Source: an uncultured Oscillospiraceae bacterium
GTDB lineage: Bacteria > Bacillota > Clostridia > Oscillospirales > Oscillospiraceae
Assembly (NCBI GenBank): GCA_904395865.1
Contig: CAJFNY010000134.1
Location: 3,639-67,638, forward strand
Direction of reading: 5' to 3'
DNA: 64,000 nt
This document shows positions 47,089 to 57,021 of this stretch, piece by piece. The first letter of the stretch is position 1. Every line of letters starts with the position of its first letter. Made by a program: the position numbers and the translations under genes. The notes under the pieces were generated by a model. The model was not told the origin of the DNA. It made no database searches and saw nothing but the letters and a program-made list of their open reading frames with translations.

Positions 47089-48339
47089 ATGCAACGCAAT
47101 TGCTTCCTCCCCGCAAAGATTCTGCTGCCCCAGGGCGTGGAGATGGAGAAGTGGGCGGTCATTGCCTGCGATCAGTTTTCCTCTCAGCCCGAGTACTGGG
47201 CCCGGGTCCGGGCCTGTGTGGGGGATGCGCCGTCCACGATTCACCTGATCCTGCCGGAGGCGGAGCTGGGCACCGACCAGGAGGCTGCCCACACGGCGGC
47301 CATCAACCGGAACATGGCCGATTACCTGCGCCGCGGCATCTTCCGGGCGTATCCGGACAGCTTCGTCTACGTGGAGCGGACGCTGGAGAGCGGCGCCATC
47401 CGCAAGGGCCTCGTGGGCATGGTGGATCTGGAGGCGTATGACTATTCCGCCGGCTCCACGTCGGCCATCCGGGCCACGGAAAAGACCGTGGTGGAGCGCA
47501 TCCCGCCGCGGATGCGCGTCCGCCGGGACGCGCCGGTGGAGCTGCCGCACATCCTGATGCTGGCAGATGACCACGACCGCGTGCTCATCGAGCCGGTGGC
47601 CGCGGCGCGGGACCGGCTGACGAAGCTGTACGATTTCGAGCTCATGGAGGGCGGCGGGCACATCGCCGGATGGCTGGTGGACGGCGCCGAGGCGGCGGCG
47701 TTCTGCGACCGGCTGACGGCCTATACGGCCACGGTCGGGGAGAAGTACCGCGGGCTGCCCGGCGTGCCGATGGTGTTCGCCGTGGGCGACGGCAACCACT
47801 CGCTGGCCACGGCCAAGGCGTGTTACGAGGAGCTGAAGGCCGCCCACCCCGGCGAGGATCTGTCGGACCATCCGGCGCGCTACGCCCTGGTGGAGCTGGA
47901 GAACATCCACGACGAGGCCCAGGTCTTCACGCCCATCCACCGGGTCGTGGCCAATACCGACCCCCGCGCGCTGCTGGCGGCGCTGGAGGCGGAGGCCTGC
48001 GCCGAAGGCGGCTTCCCGGTGGAGTGGTACATCGGCGCCGACCACGGCACCGTGTACCTGGACCGGGCCCGCAGCCAGCTGGCCGTCGGCGCCCTGCAGG
48101 GCTTCCTGGATGCGTACCTGGCTGCCCACCCCGGCGAGATCGACTATATCCACGGCGACGATGACCTGAAGGCGCTGGCGGCCCGGGACGGCGCCATCGG
48201 ATTCCTGCTGCCGGCCATGGAAAAGTCCCAGCTGTTCCGCGGCGTCATTGCCGACGGCATCCTGCCGCGGAAGACCTTCTCCATGGGCCACGCCCGCGAG
48301 AAGCGATACTATCTGGAAGGAAGAACGATCACCCGATGA
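47089..48339 (+). CDS. DUF1015 family protein
   Basis: KWAVIACDQF, IRATEKTV.ERIPPR, VGDGNHSLATAK, LPRKTFSMG. Confidence 0.88.
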   Translation: MQRNCFLPAKILLPQGVEMEKWAVIACDQFSSQPEYWARVRACVGDAPSTIHLILPEAELGTDQEAAHTAAINRNMADYLRRGIFRAYPDSFVYVERTLESGAIRKGLVGMVDLEAYDYSAGSTSAIRATEKTVVERIPPRMRVRRDAPVELPHILMLADDHDRVLIEPVAAARDRLTKLYDFELMEGGGHIAGWLVDGAEAAAFCDRLTAYTATVGEKYRGLPGVPMVFAVGDGNHSLATAKACYEELKAAHPGEDLSDHPARYALVELENIHDEAQVFTPIHRVVANTDPRALLAALEAEACAEGGFPVEWYIGADHGTVYLDRARSQLAVGALQGFLDAYLAAHPGEIDYIHGDDDLKALAARDGAIGFLLPAMEKSQLFRGVIADGILPRKTFSMGHAREKRYYLEGRTITR

Positions 48340-49205
48340 CCACACTGGAGGAAAAGGCGTACGCCAAGCTGAATTTGACGCTGGACGTCGGCCCGCTGCG
48401 GGAGGACGGCTACCACGAGATCTCGTCGGTGATGGTGCCCATCACCCTGTGCGACACCGTGACGATCCATCTGGGCACCGGCGAGCCGTGGCAGGCGCGC
48501 ACCACGGACGACTCGATCCCCACCGGCCGGAAGAATCTGGCGTACAAGGCCGCCAAGGCATTTTACGCCGCAGCCGGCGCGGACCCGGACGGCCTGACCA
48601 TCGAAATTGAGAAGCACATTCCGGCCGGCGGCGGCCTGGGCGGCGGCAGTGCCGACGCGGCGGCCGTGCTGCGCGCGCTGAACCGCCACATGGGCTGCCG
48701 TTTTTCCGGCGAGGAGCTGGAGCGCATCGGGCTGGAGGTCGGCAGCGACGTGCCCTTCTGCGTCCGCTGTGCGCCCTGCCTGGCCGAGGGCAGGGGAGAG
48801 CGGCTGATGCCGGTGCATCCGATGCCGGACTGCTACTACGTGATGGTGCGGCCGAACTTCTCGGCCGCCACGCCGGAGCTCTACCGCAAGCTGGACAATA
48901 TGCGCATCCCGGCGCACCCGAAGAACCGGGAGATGCTCCACGCCCTGGAGCTGGGGGACCTGCGGGAGATCGGCTGCCAGCTGTTCAACGTCTTTGAGTA
49001 CGCGCTGCTGCAGGACCACCCGGAGCTGTTCCAGATTGAGAACGCGCTGGAGAACTGCGGCGCCCTGGGCACCAGCATGACCGGCAGCGGCTCGGTGATG
49101 TTCGGCATCTTTGAGAACTTCGATTTCGCCGCCACGGCCAGCATGTCGCTGATGCAGGTGGGGTATCAGACGTTTTTGGCAACAAATTTCCGCGAAGAGG
49201 TATAA
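48336..49205 (+). CDS. ispE: 4-diphosphocytidyl-2-C-methyl-D-erythritol kinase
   Basis: AKLNLTL, DGYHE, IP..GGLGGGSADAA, GSDVPF, MTGSGS. Confidence 0.9.
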   Translation: MTTLEEKAYAKLNLTLDVGPLREDGYHEISSVMVPITLCDTVTIHLGTGEPWQARTTDDSIPTGRKNLAYKAAKAFYAAAGADPDGLTIEIEKHIPAGGGLGGGSADAAAVLRALNRHMGCRFSGEELERIGLEVGSDVPFCVRCAPCLAEGRGERLMPVHPMPDCYYVMVRPNFSAATPELYRKLDNMRIPAHPKNREMLHALELGDLREIGCQLFNVFEYALLQDHPELFQIENALENCGALGTSMTGSGSVMFGIFENFDFAATASMSLMQVGYQTFLATNFREEV

Positions 49206-49259
49206 AACCCGAAAAACCCGTCCAATCTGTAGGTATCCTACATATTGGACGGTGTTTTT
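49200..49259 (+). promoter_or_regulatory. SigF-like spoIIR promoter overlapping a terminator hairpin
   Basis: GTATA-15-GTCCAATCTG; hairpin 49218-49252 followed by TGTTTTT then ATG. Confidence 0.55.
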
Positions 49260-49859
49260 ATGAAAAAGACGATTTTCAGATCGATTCTCATGGCCCTGGC
49301 CGTCTCCGTGCTGGTGGCCGGCTGGGCCCTGGGCCGGGAGCAGCAGGCCCTGGCCGACAAGCTGATCCGCCTGCACGTGGTGGCCAATTCCGACAGCGAG
49401 GCCGACCAGCAGATCAAGCTGCAGGTGCGCGACGCGGTGCTGTCCGAGGCCTCGGCGCTGCTGGAGGACGCGCAAGACCCCCGCGCCGCGCTGGAGGCCG
49501 GGCTGCCGCAGATCGAGTCGGCGGCCAACGCCTGCCTCCGGTCCCTGGGCAGCACGGACCGGGCCACGGCCACCCTGGGGGAGGAGCTGTTCCCCACCCG
49601 GGAATACGAGACGTTCTCCCTGCCGGCCGGCAGCTATACGGCCCTGCGCGTGACCATCGGCGCGGGCGCGGGGCACAACTGGTGGTGCGTCGTCTTTCCC
49701 TCCCTCTGCATGCCGGCCGCCGGTGATCTGGAGGAGGCCGCCCAGGCCGCCGGCCTGACTGAGGAGGAAATCCATCTGATCACCGAGGACTCGCCCGGAT
49801 ACGAGCTGAAATTCAAATCCATGGAGTGGCTCCAGGCCGTCAGAAACTGGTTTTCCTGA
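49260..49859 (+). CDS. spoIIR: Stage II sporulation protein R
   Basis: Signal peptide, IRLHVVANSDS..DQ.IKL.VRDAV, FPTREY, LPAG.Y, GHNWWCVVFP.LC. Confidence 0.95.
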   Translation: MKKTIFRSILMALAVSVLVAGWALGREQQALADKLIRLHVVANSDSEADQQIKLQVRDAVLSEASALLEDAQDPRAALEAGLPQIESAANACLRSLGSTDRATATLGEELFPTREYETFSLPAGSYTALRVTIGAGAGHNWWCVVFPSLCMPAAGDLEEAAQAAGLTEEEIHLITEDSPGYELKFKSMEWLQAVRNWFS

Positions 49860-49914
49860 CGGCACCATGACCACTCAAGTCTCAGGACGGCTGACGAAAT
49901 CGTCGGCCGTCCTG

Positions 49915-50084
49915 AGACTGTCAGAAAACTGTGCCGTCTGAAGGATTCGGAGGGAGGGATAGTGTGAAAGGGGACCGTCAGGGTCCCCTTTCGCGTTCAA
50001 TAAAGGCCAGAATTTGCAACTTTTTGAAGTTGCAAATTCGTACAGGCTTGTTAAAAAATCTCGCAAGAGACTTTTTGACAAGCC
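49915..50084 (+). mobile_element. MITE-like structured repeat, copy A
   Basis: Shares long blocks with the reverse complement of 58686-58927; imperfect terminal inverted repeats (ACTGTCAGAAAA / TTTTTGACAAG); three internal hairpins; 19-bp direct repeat on the flanks. Confidence 0.65.
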
Positions 50085-50173
50085 GGGCTGACGAAATCGT
50101 CGGCTGCCCTGTCATTTTTTGCGGAGATATGGTACACTAGAGGCCGAAGGATTTCCAGACGGGAGGGGAGGCC

Positions 50174-53100
50174 GTGCTTCAGATTTTACTCGCCGCAGAG
50201 CAGCAGACGCTGCAGCAGACCGTGCTGCAGCGCATCTGTGCCGATGCGGCCGCCGGTGTGACGGGGCAGCTGCTGATCGTGCCGGAGCAGTATTCCCACG
50301 AGGCGGAGCGGCTGCTCTGCGAGGCCGGCGGCGATGCCATCTGCCGCAGCGCGGAGGTGCTGAGCTTTTCGCGGCTGGCTGACCGGGTCAGCGCGCTGTA
50401 CGGCGGCGTCAGCCGGCCGGCCCTGGACGGCGGCGGCCGCCTTCTGGCCATGGCGCTGGCGGCGGAGACCGTCTCCAGCCGGCTGAAGCTGTACGGCACC
50501 AGACTGCGGAAGCCGGAGTTCCTGCTGCGTCTCCTGGCGGTGCTGGACGAGCTCAAGGCCGGCCGCGTGGATGCGGCCCAGCTGACGAAGGCGGCCGCCG
50601 AGGTGGGCGGCCAGCTGGCAGTGAAGCTGGAGGAGCTGGCGCTGCTGCGGGAGAGCCTGGAGACGGTCTCCGCCGGCATGGGCCAGGACGCCAATGACCG
50701 GCTGGCCGTGCTGGCGGAGCAGCTGGAGGCCCATCCCTTTGCCGCCGGGCGGCAGATCTATCTGCTGGGCTTCACCGACTGGACGGCCCTGGAGCGGTCG
50801 GTGCTGGCGGCACTGCTGACGGACGCAGCCGGCGTCACGGCGGCGCTGCTGGGGGACGGCGGGGCCGCGGGCCCCTTTGCCGTCTCGGCCGAATCGGTGC
50901 GGCAGCTGCGCCGGTTGGCGGCTGGGCTGGACGTGCCGTGCCGGGTGGAGCAGCTGGCCCGGGCGGAGACGCGGCCACCGGAGCTGCGCCACCTGGGCAG
51001 CTGCCTCTTCGGCGGCGGCGCGCCGTGGACCGGGAAACCGGAGGCACTGACGCTCCACCAGTCCGCCGACGCCGCCGGCGCCTGCCTGGACGTGGCCGGC
51101 CGCATCCAGGTTCTGGCCGAAGCCGGCTGGCGTTACCGGGACGTGGCCGTCTGCTGCGCCGACTGGGAGACGTACCGGCCGGTGCTGGAGGCCGTCTGCC
51201 AGCGGTTTTCCATTCCGCTGTACGCCTCCGGCTCCGACCCGCTGGAGCAGGACCCCGTGACCGGCATGCTGCTGGCGGCGCTGGATGCGGCCACCGGCGG
51301 CATGGAGACGGAGGACGTGCTGCGGTTCCTCAAGTCCGGCCTGTCCGCCGTGCCGCCGGAGGACTGCGACCGGCTGGAGAACTATGCCCGCACGTGGCGC
51401 ATCCGCGGCCGCCGCTGGGAGCGCAGCTGGGACCTGCACCCCGACGGCGTCGGCCTGCCCCTGGACGACGCGGCGCAGGCGGCGCTGGAGCGCCTCAACG
51501 GCCTGCGCGCCGCGGCCGTGGCGCCGCTGGCGGCGCTGCGGGACGGCCTCCGGGCCGCGGAGAACACCGCCGGGCAGGTGACGGCGCTGTACGACTTTCT
51601 CGAGCGCATCGGCCTGGCCGGGACGCTGGAGGCGATGGAGGCCCGCTGCCGCTCGGAGGACGACCTGCGGCAGGCGCAGGCGTACGGGCAGATGTACGAC
51701 CTCGTCATCGAGGCGCTGGAGCAGCTCTACCGCGTGCTGGGCCGGACAATCCGCCCGCCGGAGGACTTCGCCGCGCTGCTTGCGGCGATCCTCAGCCAGT
51801 ACCGCGTGGGCACCATTCCCGCCAGCCTCGACAGCGTCACGGCCGGCGGCCCGGCGGCCATGCGCTTCGTCCGCTGCCGTGCCATGTTCGTGCTGGGCGC
51901 CGACGACGGCGTGTTCCCGGCCAGCCAGCCGGAGCAGAGCCTGCTGACGGAGCAGGACCGCCGCCGGCTCCAGGCCGTCGGGCTGCCGGTGGCCTCCGGC
52001 CGGAGCGACCAGCTGGACCGGGAGCTGACGGCCCTGTACCAGGTGCTGACGGCGCCGGCGGAACGACTTTACATAGGGTGCACGGCGGAGCCGTCGTACC
52101 TCTTTACGCGGCTGCGCGGCCTCTTCCCGGAGGCACCGCTGGGGACGGATGCGCCGCTGCCGGAGATCCTGCTGTACGATGCGGCAGCGCTGGGCGAGGC
52201 CGTGGCCGCCGGGCGGCTGGCAGCGCCGGCCGGCGCCGCGGGCGACGGCGCCCGGGCGGAGGCCGAAGCGCTGCGCGCCATGGGCGGCGCGCGGCTGGGA
52301 ACCATGGAGCGGGACGCCGTCCGCGGCCTCTACGGCCGGAAGCTCTATCTGTCGGCCTCCCGGATCGACCTGTACGCCTCCTGCCGCTGCGCCTACTTCC
52401 TGCGCTACGGCCTGCGGCTGCGGCCCCGGAAGGAGGCGGACTTCGACGCCCCGGCCTACGGCACCTTCGTCCACGCGATCCTGGAACAGACGGCCCGCCA
52501 GGTCCGCCAGGAGGGCGGCTTCCGCCGGGTGGATGAGGCGCGGCTGCTGGCCATCGCCCGGTCGGCCATGGACGGCTACCGGGATGAGACGCTGAACCGG
52601 ATGCTGGAGCGCTCGGAGCGCCTGACGTACCTGTTCCGGCGGAACCAGGCGGAGGTGCTGGCCGTCGTCCGGGAGCTGGGGCGGGAGATGCGGACGTCCG
52701 ACTTTGAACCGGTGGGCTTTGAGGTGGAGTTCTCCGCCGCCGGCGCCATGCCGCCGGTGGAGATCCGGGGCCGGGAGGCCGAGGCGGCCCTTTCCGGCTT
52801 CGTGGACCGGGTGGACCTCTACACCTGCGTCGGCACCACGTACGTCCGCGTCGTGGACTACAAGACGGGCCAGAAGGCCTTCGACTACACCGATGTGCTC
52901 AACGGCATCGGCCTGCAGATGCTGATCTACCTGTTCGCCCTGGAGGCCGGCGGCGAGGCGCTCTGCGGGAAGAAGCTGACGCCGGCCGGCGTCCTGTACT
53001 TCCCGGCACGGCAGCCGATCCTCACGGCGTCCGGGCGGATGACGCAGGAGGAGGCCGAGGCCGCGCGCCAGTCGGAGCTGACGCGCCAGGGGCTGCTGCT

Positions 53101-53455
53101 CCAGGATGAGACGGTGCTGCACGCCATGGAGCACTACGAGACGAAGCCGGTCTATCTGCCGTTCCGGGCCAACCGGGACGGCTCGCTCCGGGGCGACCTG
53201 GCGGACACCGGCCAGATGCGGCTGCTGCGGGCGCACGTGCAGCGCACGCTGGCCCAGATGGCCGACGACATCGCCGGCGGCGCCGTGGAGCCGAACCCCA
53301 TCGTGCGCGGCGCAGATCGGACGCCGTGCAATTGGTGCGACTACGCGCAGATCTGCCACCGCGCTTCCGGCGAGGTGACGGTCCGGCCCATGCAGAAGAC
53401 GGAGCGCGGCGCGTTCTGGGAGCGACTGGAGCGGGAGGAGGCGGAGCATGGCTGA
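50174..53455 (+). CDS. addB: AddB helicase-nuclease subunit B
   Basis: LIVPEQYS, LSFSRLA, LSASRID.Y..C...YFL.YGL, GFVDRVD, VDYKTG, C-terminal CNWCDY..IC Fe-S ligands. Confidence 0.9.
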   Translation: MLQILLAAEQQTLQQTVLQRICADAAAGVTGQLLIVPEQYSHEAERLLCEAGGDAICRSAEVLSFSRLADRVSALYGGVSRPALDGGGRLLAMALAAETVSSRLKLYGTRLRKPEFLLRLLAVLDELKAGRVDAAQLTKAAAEVGGQLAVKLEELALLRESLETVSAGMGQDANDRLAVLAEQLEAHPFAAGRQIYLLGFTDWTALERSVLAALLTDAAGVTAALLGDGGAAGPFAVSAESVRQLRRLAAGLDVPCRVEQLARAETRPPELRHLGSCLFGGGAPWTGKPEALTLHQSADAAGACLDVAGRIQVLAEAGWRYRDVAVCCADWETYRPVLEAVCQRFSIPLYASGSDPLEQDPVTGMLLAALDAATGGMETEDVLRFLKSGLSAVPPEDCDRLENYARTWRIRGRRWERSWDLHPDGVGLPLDDAAQAALERLNGLRAAAVAPLAALRDGLRAAENTAGQVTALYDFLERIGLAGTLEAMEARCRSEDDLRQAQAYGQMYDLVIEALEQLYRVLGRTIRPPEDFAALLAAILSQYRVGTIPASLDSVTAGGPAAMRFVRCRAMFVLGADDGVFPASQPEQSLLTEQDRRRLQAVGLPVASGRSDQLDRELTALYQVLTAPAERLYIGCTAEPSYLFTRLRGLFPEAPLGTDAPLPEILLYDAAALGEAVAAGRLAAPAGAAGDGARAEAEALRAMGGARLGTMERDAVRGLYGRKLYLSASRIDLYASCRCAYFLRYGLRLRPRKEADFDAPAYGTFVHAILEQTARQVRQEGGFRRVDEARLLAIARSAMDGYRDETLNRMLERSERLTYLFRRNQAEVLAVVRELGREMRTSDFEPVGFEVEFSAAGAMPPVEIRGREAEAALSGFVDRVDLYTCVGTTYVRVVDYKTGQKAFDYTDVLNGIGLQMLIYLFALEAGGEALCGKKLTPAGVLYFPARQPILTASGRMTQEEAEAARQSELTRQGLLLQDETVLHAMEHYETKPVYLPFRANRDGSLRGDLADTGQMRLLRAHVQRTLAQMADDIAGGAVEPNPIVRGADRTPCNWCDYAQICHRASGEVTVRPMQKTERGAFWERLEREEAEHG

Positions 53456-56400
53456 CATTCAACTGACGGCCGCCCAGCAGGCGGCCGTGGAGGACCGGGA
53501 CGGCGCGCTGCTGGTCTCTGCCGCCGCCGGCTCCGGAAAGACGCGCGTGCTGGTGGAGCGGCTGATGGCCCGCGTCTGCGACCCGGTCCATCCCCGGGAC
53601 ATCCACGCGTTCCTGATCATCACGTACACCAAGGCCGCGGCGGCCGAGCTGCGGGCGAAGATTTCCGCCGAGCTGGGCCGCCGTCTGGCGCAGCAGCCGG
53701 AAAACCGTCACCTCCAGCGGCAGCTGAGCCTCGTATACCTGACGGAGATCTCCACGGTCCACGCCTTCTGCGCGTCGCTGCTGCGCAGCTACGCGCATCT
53801 GCGGGGCATCCCGTCGGACTTCCGCGTGGGGGAGGAGGCGGAGTGCGGCCAGCTGCGGCAGCGGGCGCTGGAAACCCTCCTGGAGGAGTCGTACGCCGCG
53901 CCCGATGCGCAGCTGCTGGCCGCGGCGGAGCTGCTGGGAGCCGGCCGGGACGACCGCGGCCTGCGGGATGCGGTGGAGGCGCTGTATCGCGCCTCCCAGT
54001 GCCACCCGTATCCCGATCAATGGCTGGACGAGTGCCGCGCCTCCCTGGAGCTGCCCGAGGGCTGCAGCTGCGCCGACACCCTCTGGGGCCGGGCGCTGCT
54101 GGAGCGCTTCGGCGCGTTCCTGGATGGGCAGATAGCGGCGCTCCGGCAGGCGCTGGACGACATGGCCGGTGTGGAGGCGCTGGAAAAGACGTATTACCCC
54201 TGCTTCCTGGAGAGCCTGGAGCGGGTGGAGGCCCTGCGGCCCCTCCGCAGCTGGGACGCGCTGGCCGAGGCCGTCCCCACGTCCTTCGGCCGGCTGACGG
54301 CAGCCCGCGGCTTTGAAGACAAGGCGCTGCTGGAGCGGCTCAAGGCCGTCCGGAGCGACTGCCTGGAGGGGCTGCGGTCGTGGAGCAGCGTCTTCCGCGG
54401 CGGCGAGGCGGCGGCCCTGGCAGATCTGCGTGCGGCGGCGCCGGCCCTTCGCGGCGCCCTGGCGCTGACGGCCCAGCTGACGAAGCGCTTCACGGCCGAA
54501 AAGCGGCGCCGGCGGATCCTGGATTTCGGCGACCTGGAGCACGAAACCATCGCCCTGCTGCTGGACCGTGCCACTGGCCGTCCCACGGCCGCGGCCCGGG
54601 AGATCGCCGAGCGCTTCGAGGAGGTGCTGGTGGACGAGTACCAGGACAGCAACGAGATCCAGGAGTGCATCTTTGCGGCCGTCTCCCGGGAGAATGCCAA
54701 CCGCTTCCTGGTGGGGGACGTGAAGCAGTCCATCTACCGCTTCCGCCTGGCGGACCCGACGATCTTCCTGGAGAAGTACCGCGCATTCGCCCCGGCCGCC
54801 GCGGCGAAGCCGGGGGAGCCGCGGAAGCGGCTGCTGTCGGAGAACTTCCGCTCCCGGCCGGAAATCCTTTCGGCCGTCAACGACGTGTTCCGGGCGGTGA
54901 TGTCCGAGGAGGTCGGCGACCTGACGTACGGGGAGGACGAGGCCCTGCGGCCCGGCCGTCCGTTCCCGCCGGCGGCCGACGTGCCGGTGGAGCTCCACTG
55001 CATCGACCTGGGGGACGGCGGCGCCGGCGAAAAAGACGAGGTGGAGGCCGCCTTCGTGGCAGAGCGGGTGGCCTCGCTTCTGCGGGAGGGCCGGCTGGAG
55101 ACGGAGGAGGGCAGCCGCCCCGTCCGGCCGGGGGACGTTGTGATCCTGCTGCGGTCGGTCAGCTCCGCGGCGCCGGCGTATCTGGCGGCGCTGCAGCGGC
55201 TGGGGATCCCCTGCGCCAGCGACCGGGGCGAAAGCCTGCTGGACACCCGGGAGGTGGAGACGCTGGTGGCGATCCTCCGGACCGTCGACAACCCCCGCCA
55301 GGACGTCCCGCTGGTGGCGGCCCTGACGAGCCCGGCCTTCGGCTTCGACGCCGACGATCTGGCGGCCGTCCGCTCCGCCGATCGGGGCAGCAGCTTTTAC
55401 GACGCGCTGGAGGCCGCGGCTGCCGGCGGACATGAGAAGGCGGCGGGCTTTCTCCGGACGCTGCGGACGCTGCGGGAGCAGGCCCGCTGGATGCCGCTGC
55501 ACAGCCTGCTCCGGCGGATCTGCCAGGAGACGCGGCTGGAGGCGGTGTTCGGCGCCATGGCGGACGGCCGGCGCCGCCGGGCGAATCTGGAGGCGTTCCT
55601 GGCATTCGCCGACGGCCGCGGGCCGGTGACGCTCATGGACTTCCTGGACGACCTGGACGGCCGCATCCGGCAGGGGCAGACGATCCCAGTCACCGGGCAG
55701 GCCGGCGGCGATGCGGTGCAGCTGATGAGCATCCACAAGTCCAAGGGGCTGGAGTTCCCGGTGGTGATCCTGTCCGATCTGTCCCGCCGGTTCAACGCCG
55801 AGGATCTGCGGCGGAACGTGCTGACGCATCCGCAGCTGCTGGCCGGCTGCAGCGTCGTGGACCGGGAGACCGGCGTCCGCTATCCGACCATGGCCCGGCA
55901 GGCCATCTCCCTGCGGCTCCGGCAGGAGAGCCTTTCGGAGGAGCTGCGGGTGCTGTACGTGGCCATGACCCGCGCCCAGAGTCGGCTGATTATGACGTAC
56001 TGCTCCCGCTACCTCCGCTCCGAGCTGGAGGCTGCCGCCGCGGCCGCAGCCCGGCCCGTGGCGCCGGCCTACTGCGCGTCGGTGAAGAATCCCGGCATGT
56101 GGATCCTGGCGGCGGCCATGACCCGGACGGAGGCCGGCGAGCTGTTCGCCGTCGGCGGCCGGCCCCGCATGGCCGTGGTTTCAGAAACGCCGTGGCGGAT
56201 CCGGCTTCATGAGGCCCTGCGGGCGGAGACGGCGGAATTGCCGCCCGACGCCGCGCCGGCGGACGCGCCGCCGGCCGAGACGGTGGAGGAAGCGCGGATC
56301 GTGCAGCATCTGGCATTCCGGTATCCGCACGCGGCTGCCACCCGCGTGCCGTCGAAGGTGACGGCGACGCAGCTCAAGGGCCGGCGCATGGACCAGGAGG

Positions 56401-56999
56401 CGCTGGCCGAGGCGGCAGAGCTGCTGCCAGGCCGGCACCCCCGCCGCCGGCGGCCGCAGTTCATCGCGGAGACCCGCGGCCTGACGGCGGCGGAGAAGGG
56501 GACGGCCAACCACCTCTTCCTGCAGTTTGCGGACTACGCCGCATGCCGCACGGCCGAGGGCACGGCCGCCGAGACGGAGCGGCTGCTGCGCGACGCATTC
56601 CTGACGGCGGAGCAGGCCGCGGCAGTGGAGCAGGCGCAGATGGTGCGCCTGTTCACCTCGCCGCTGGGAGAGGAGATCTTCACGGCGCCGAAGGTACACC
56701 GGGAGATGAAATTCTCCGTGCTGGCCGATGCCGCGCTGTACGACGCCCGGGCTGCCGGTGAGCGGCTCCTGCTCCAGGGCGTGGTGGACTGCCTGCTGGA
56801 GGCAGAAGAGGGCCTGACGGTCATCGACTTCAAGACCGATTCCGTGCGGCCCGGCAGGGAAGGGGCGCGCGCGGCGTACTACGCCGGCCAGCTGCGGGCG
56901 TACGCTCTGGCGCTGGAACGCATCTTCCGGAAGCCGGTGCACCGCCGTCTCGTGTACTTCCTGACCACCGGCTGCACGGTGGAAATCCCGGAGACGTGA
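53448..56999 (+). CDS. addA: AddA helicase-nuclease subunit A
   Basis: AAAGSGKT, VDEYQD, VGDVKQSIYRFR, SIHKSKGLEFP, LYVAMTRA, GVVD..IDFKTD. Confidence 0.95.
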   Translation: MADIQLTAAQQAAVEDRDGALLVSAAAGSGKTRVLVERLMARVCDPVHPRDIHAFLIITYTKAAAAELRAKISAELGRRLAQQPENRHLQRQLSLVYLTEISTVHAFCASLLRSYAHLRGIPSDFRVGEEAECGQLRQRALETLLEESYAAPDAQLLAAAELLGAGRDDRGLRDAVEALYRASQCHPYPDQWLDECRASLELPEGCSCADTLWGRALLERFGAFLDGQIAALRQALDDMAGVEALEKTYYPCFLESLERVEALRPLRSWDALAEAVPTSFGRLTAARGFEDKALLERLKAVRSDCLEGLRSWSSVFRGGEAAALADLRAAAPALRGALALTAQLTKRFTAEKRRRRILDFGDLEHETIALLLDRATGRPTAAAREIAERFEEVLVDEYQDSNEIQECIFAAVSRENANRFLVGDVKQSIYRFRLADPTIFLEKYRAFAPAAAAKPGEPRKRLLSENFRSRPEILSAVNDVFRAVMSEEVGDLTYGEDEALRPGRPFPPAADVPVELHCIDLGDGGAGEKDEVEAAFVAERVASLLREGRLETEEGSRPVRPGDVVILLRSVSSAAPAYLAALQRLGIPCASDRGESLLDTREVETLVAILRTVDNPRQDVPLVAALTSPAFGFDADDLAAVRSADRGSSFYDALEAAAAGGHEKAAGFLRTLRTLREQARWMPLHSLLRRICQETRLEAVFGAMADGRRRRANLEAFLAFADGRGPVTLMDFLDDLDGRIRQGQTIPVTGQAGGDAVQLMSIHKSKGLEFPVVILSDLSRRFNAEDLRRNVLTHPQLLAGCSVVDRETGVRYPTMARQAISLRLRQESLSEELRVLYVAMTRAQSRLIMTYCSRYLRSELEAAAAAAARPVAPAYCASVKNPGMWILAAAMTRTEAGELFAVGGRPRMAVVSETPWRIRLHEALRAETAELPPDAAPADAPPAETVEEARIVQHLAFRYPHAAATRVPSKVTATQLKGRRMDQEALAEAAELLPGRHPRRRRPQFIAETRGLTAAEKGTANHLFLQFADYAACRTAEGTAAETERLLRDAFLTAEQAAAVEQAQMVRLFTSPLGEEIFTAPKVHREMKFSVLADAALYDARAAGERLLLQGVVDCLLEAEEGLTVIDFKTDSVRPGREGARAAYYAGQLRAYALALERIFRKPVHRRLVYFLTTGCTVEIPET

Positions 57000-57021
57000 A
57001 TGAGGAAAGCTGGAACATGGC

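Noticed and set aside
50010-50039. TTGCAACTT..AAGTTGCAA palindrome as a CIRCE or other operator, or as a CRISPR repeat
   Set aside because: It does not match CIRCE (TTAGCACTC-N9-GAGTGCTAA), occurs once per element copy, and no spacers or cas genes are present.
49875-50140. Short ORFs across the repeat copies (49875-50081, 49931-50140, 58330-58878, 58502-58966) sharing peptide strings such as ICNFLKLQI
   Set aside because: The similarity derives from the shared non-coding repeat; there is no consistent start, stop or RBS and no transposase motifs.
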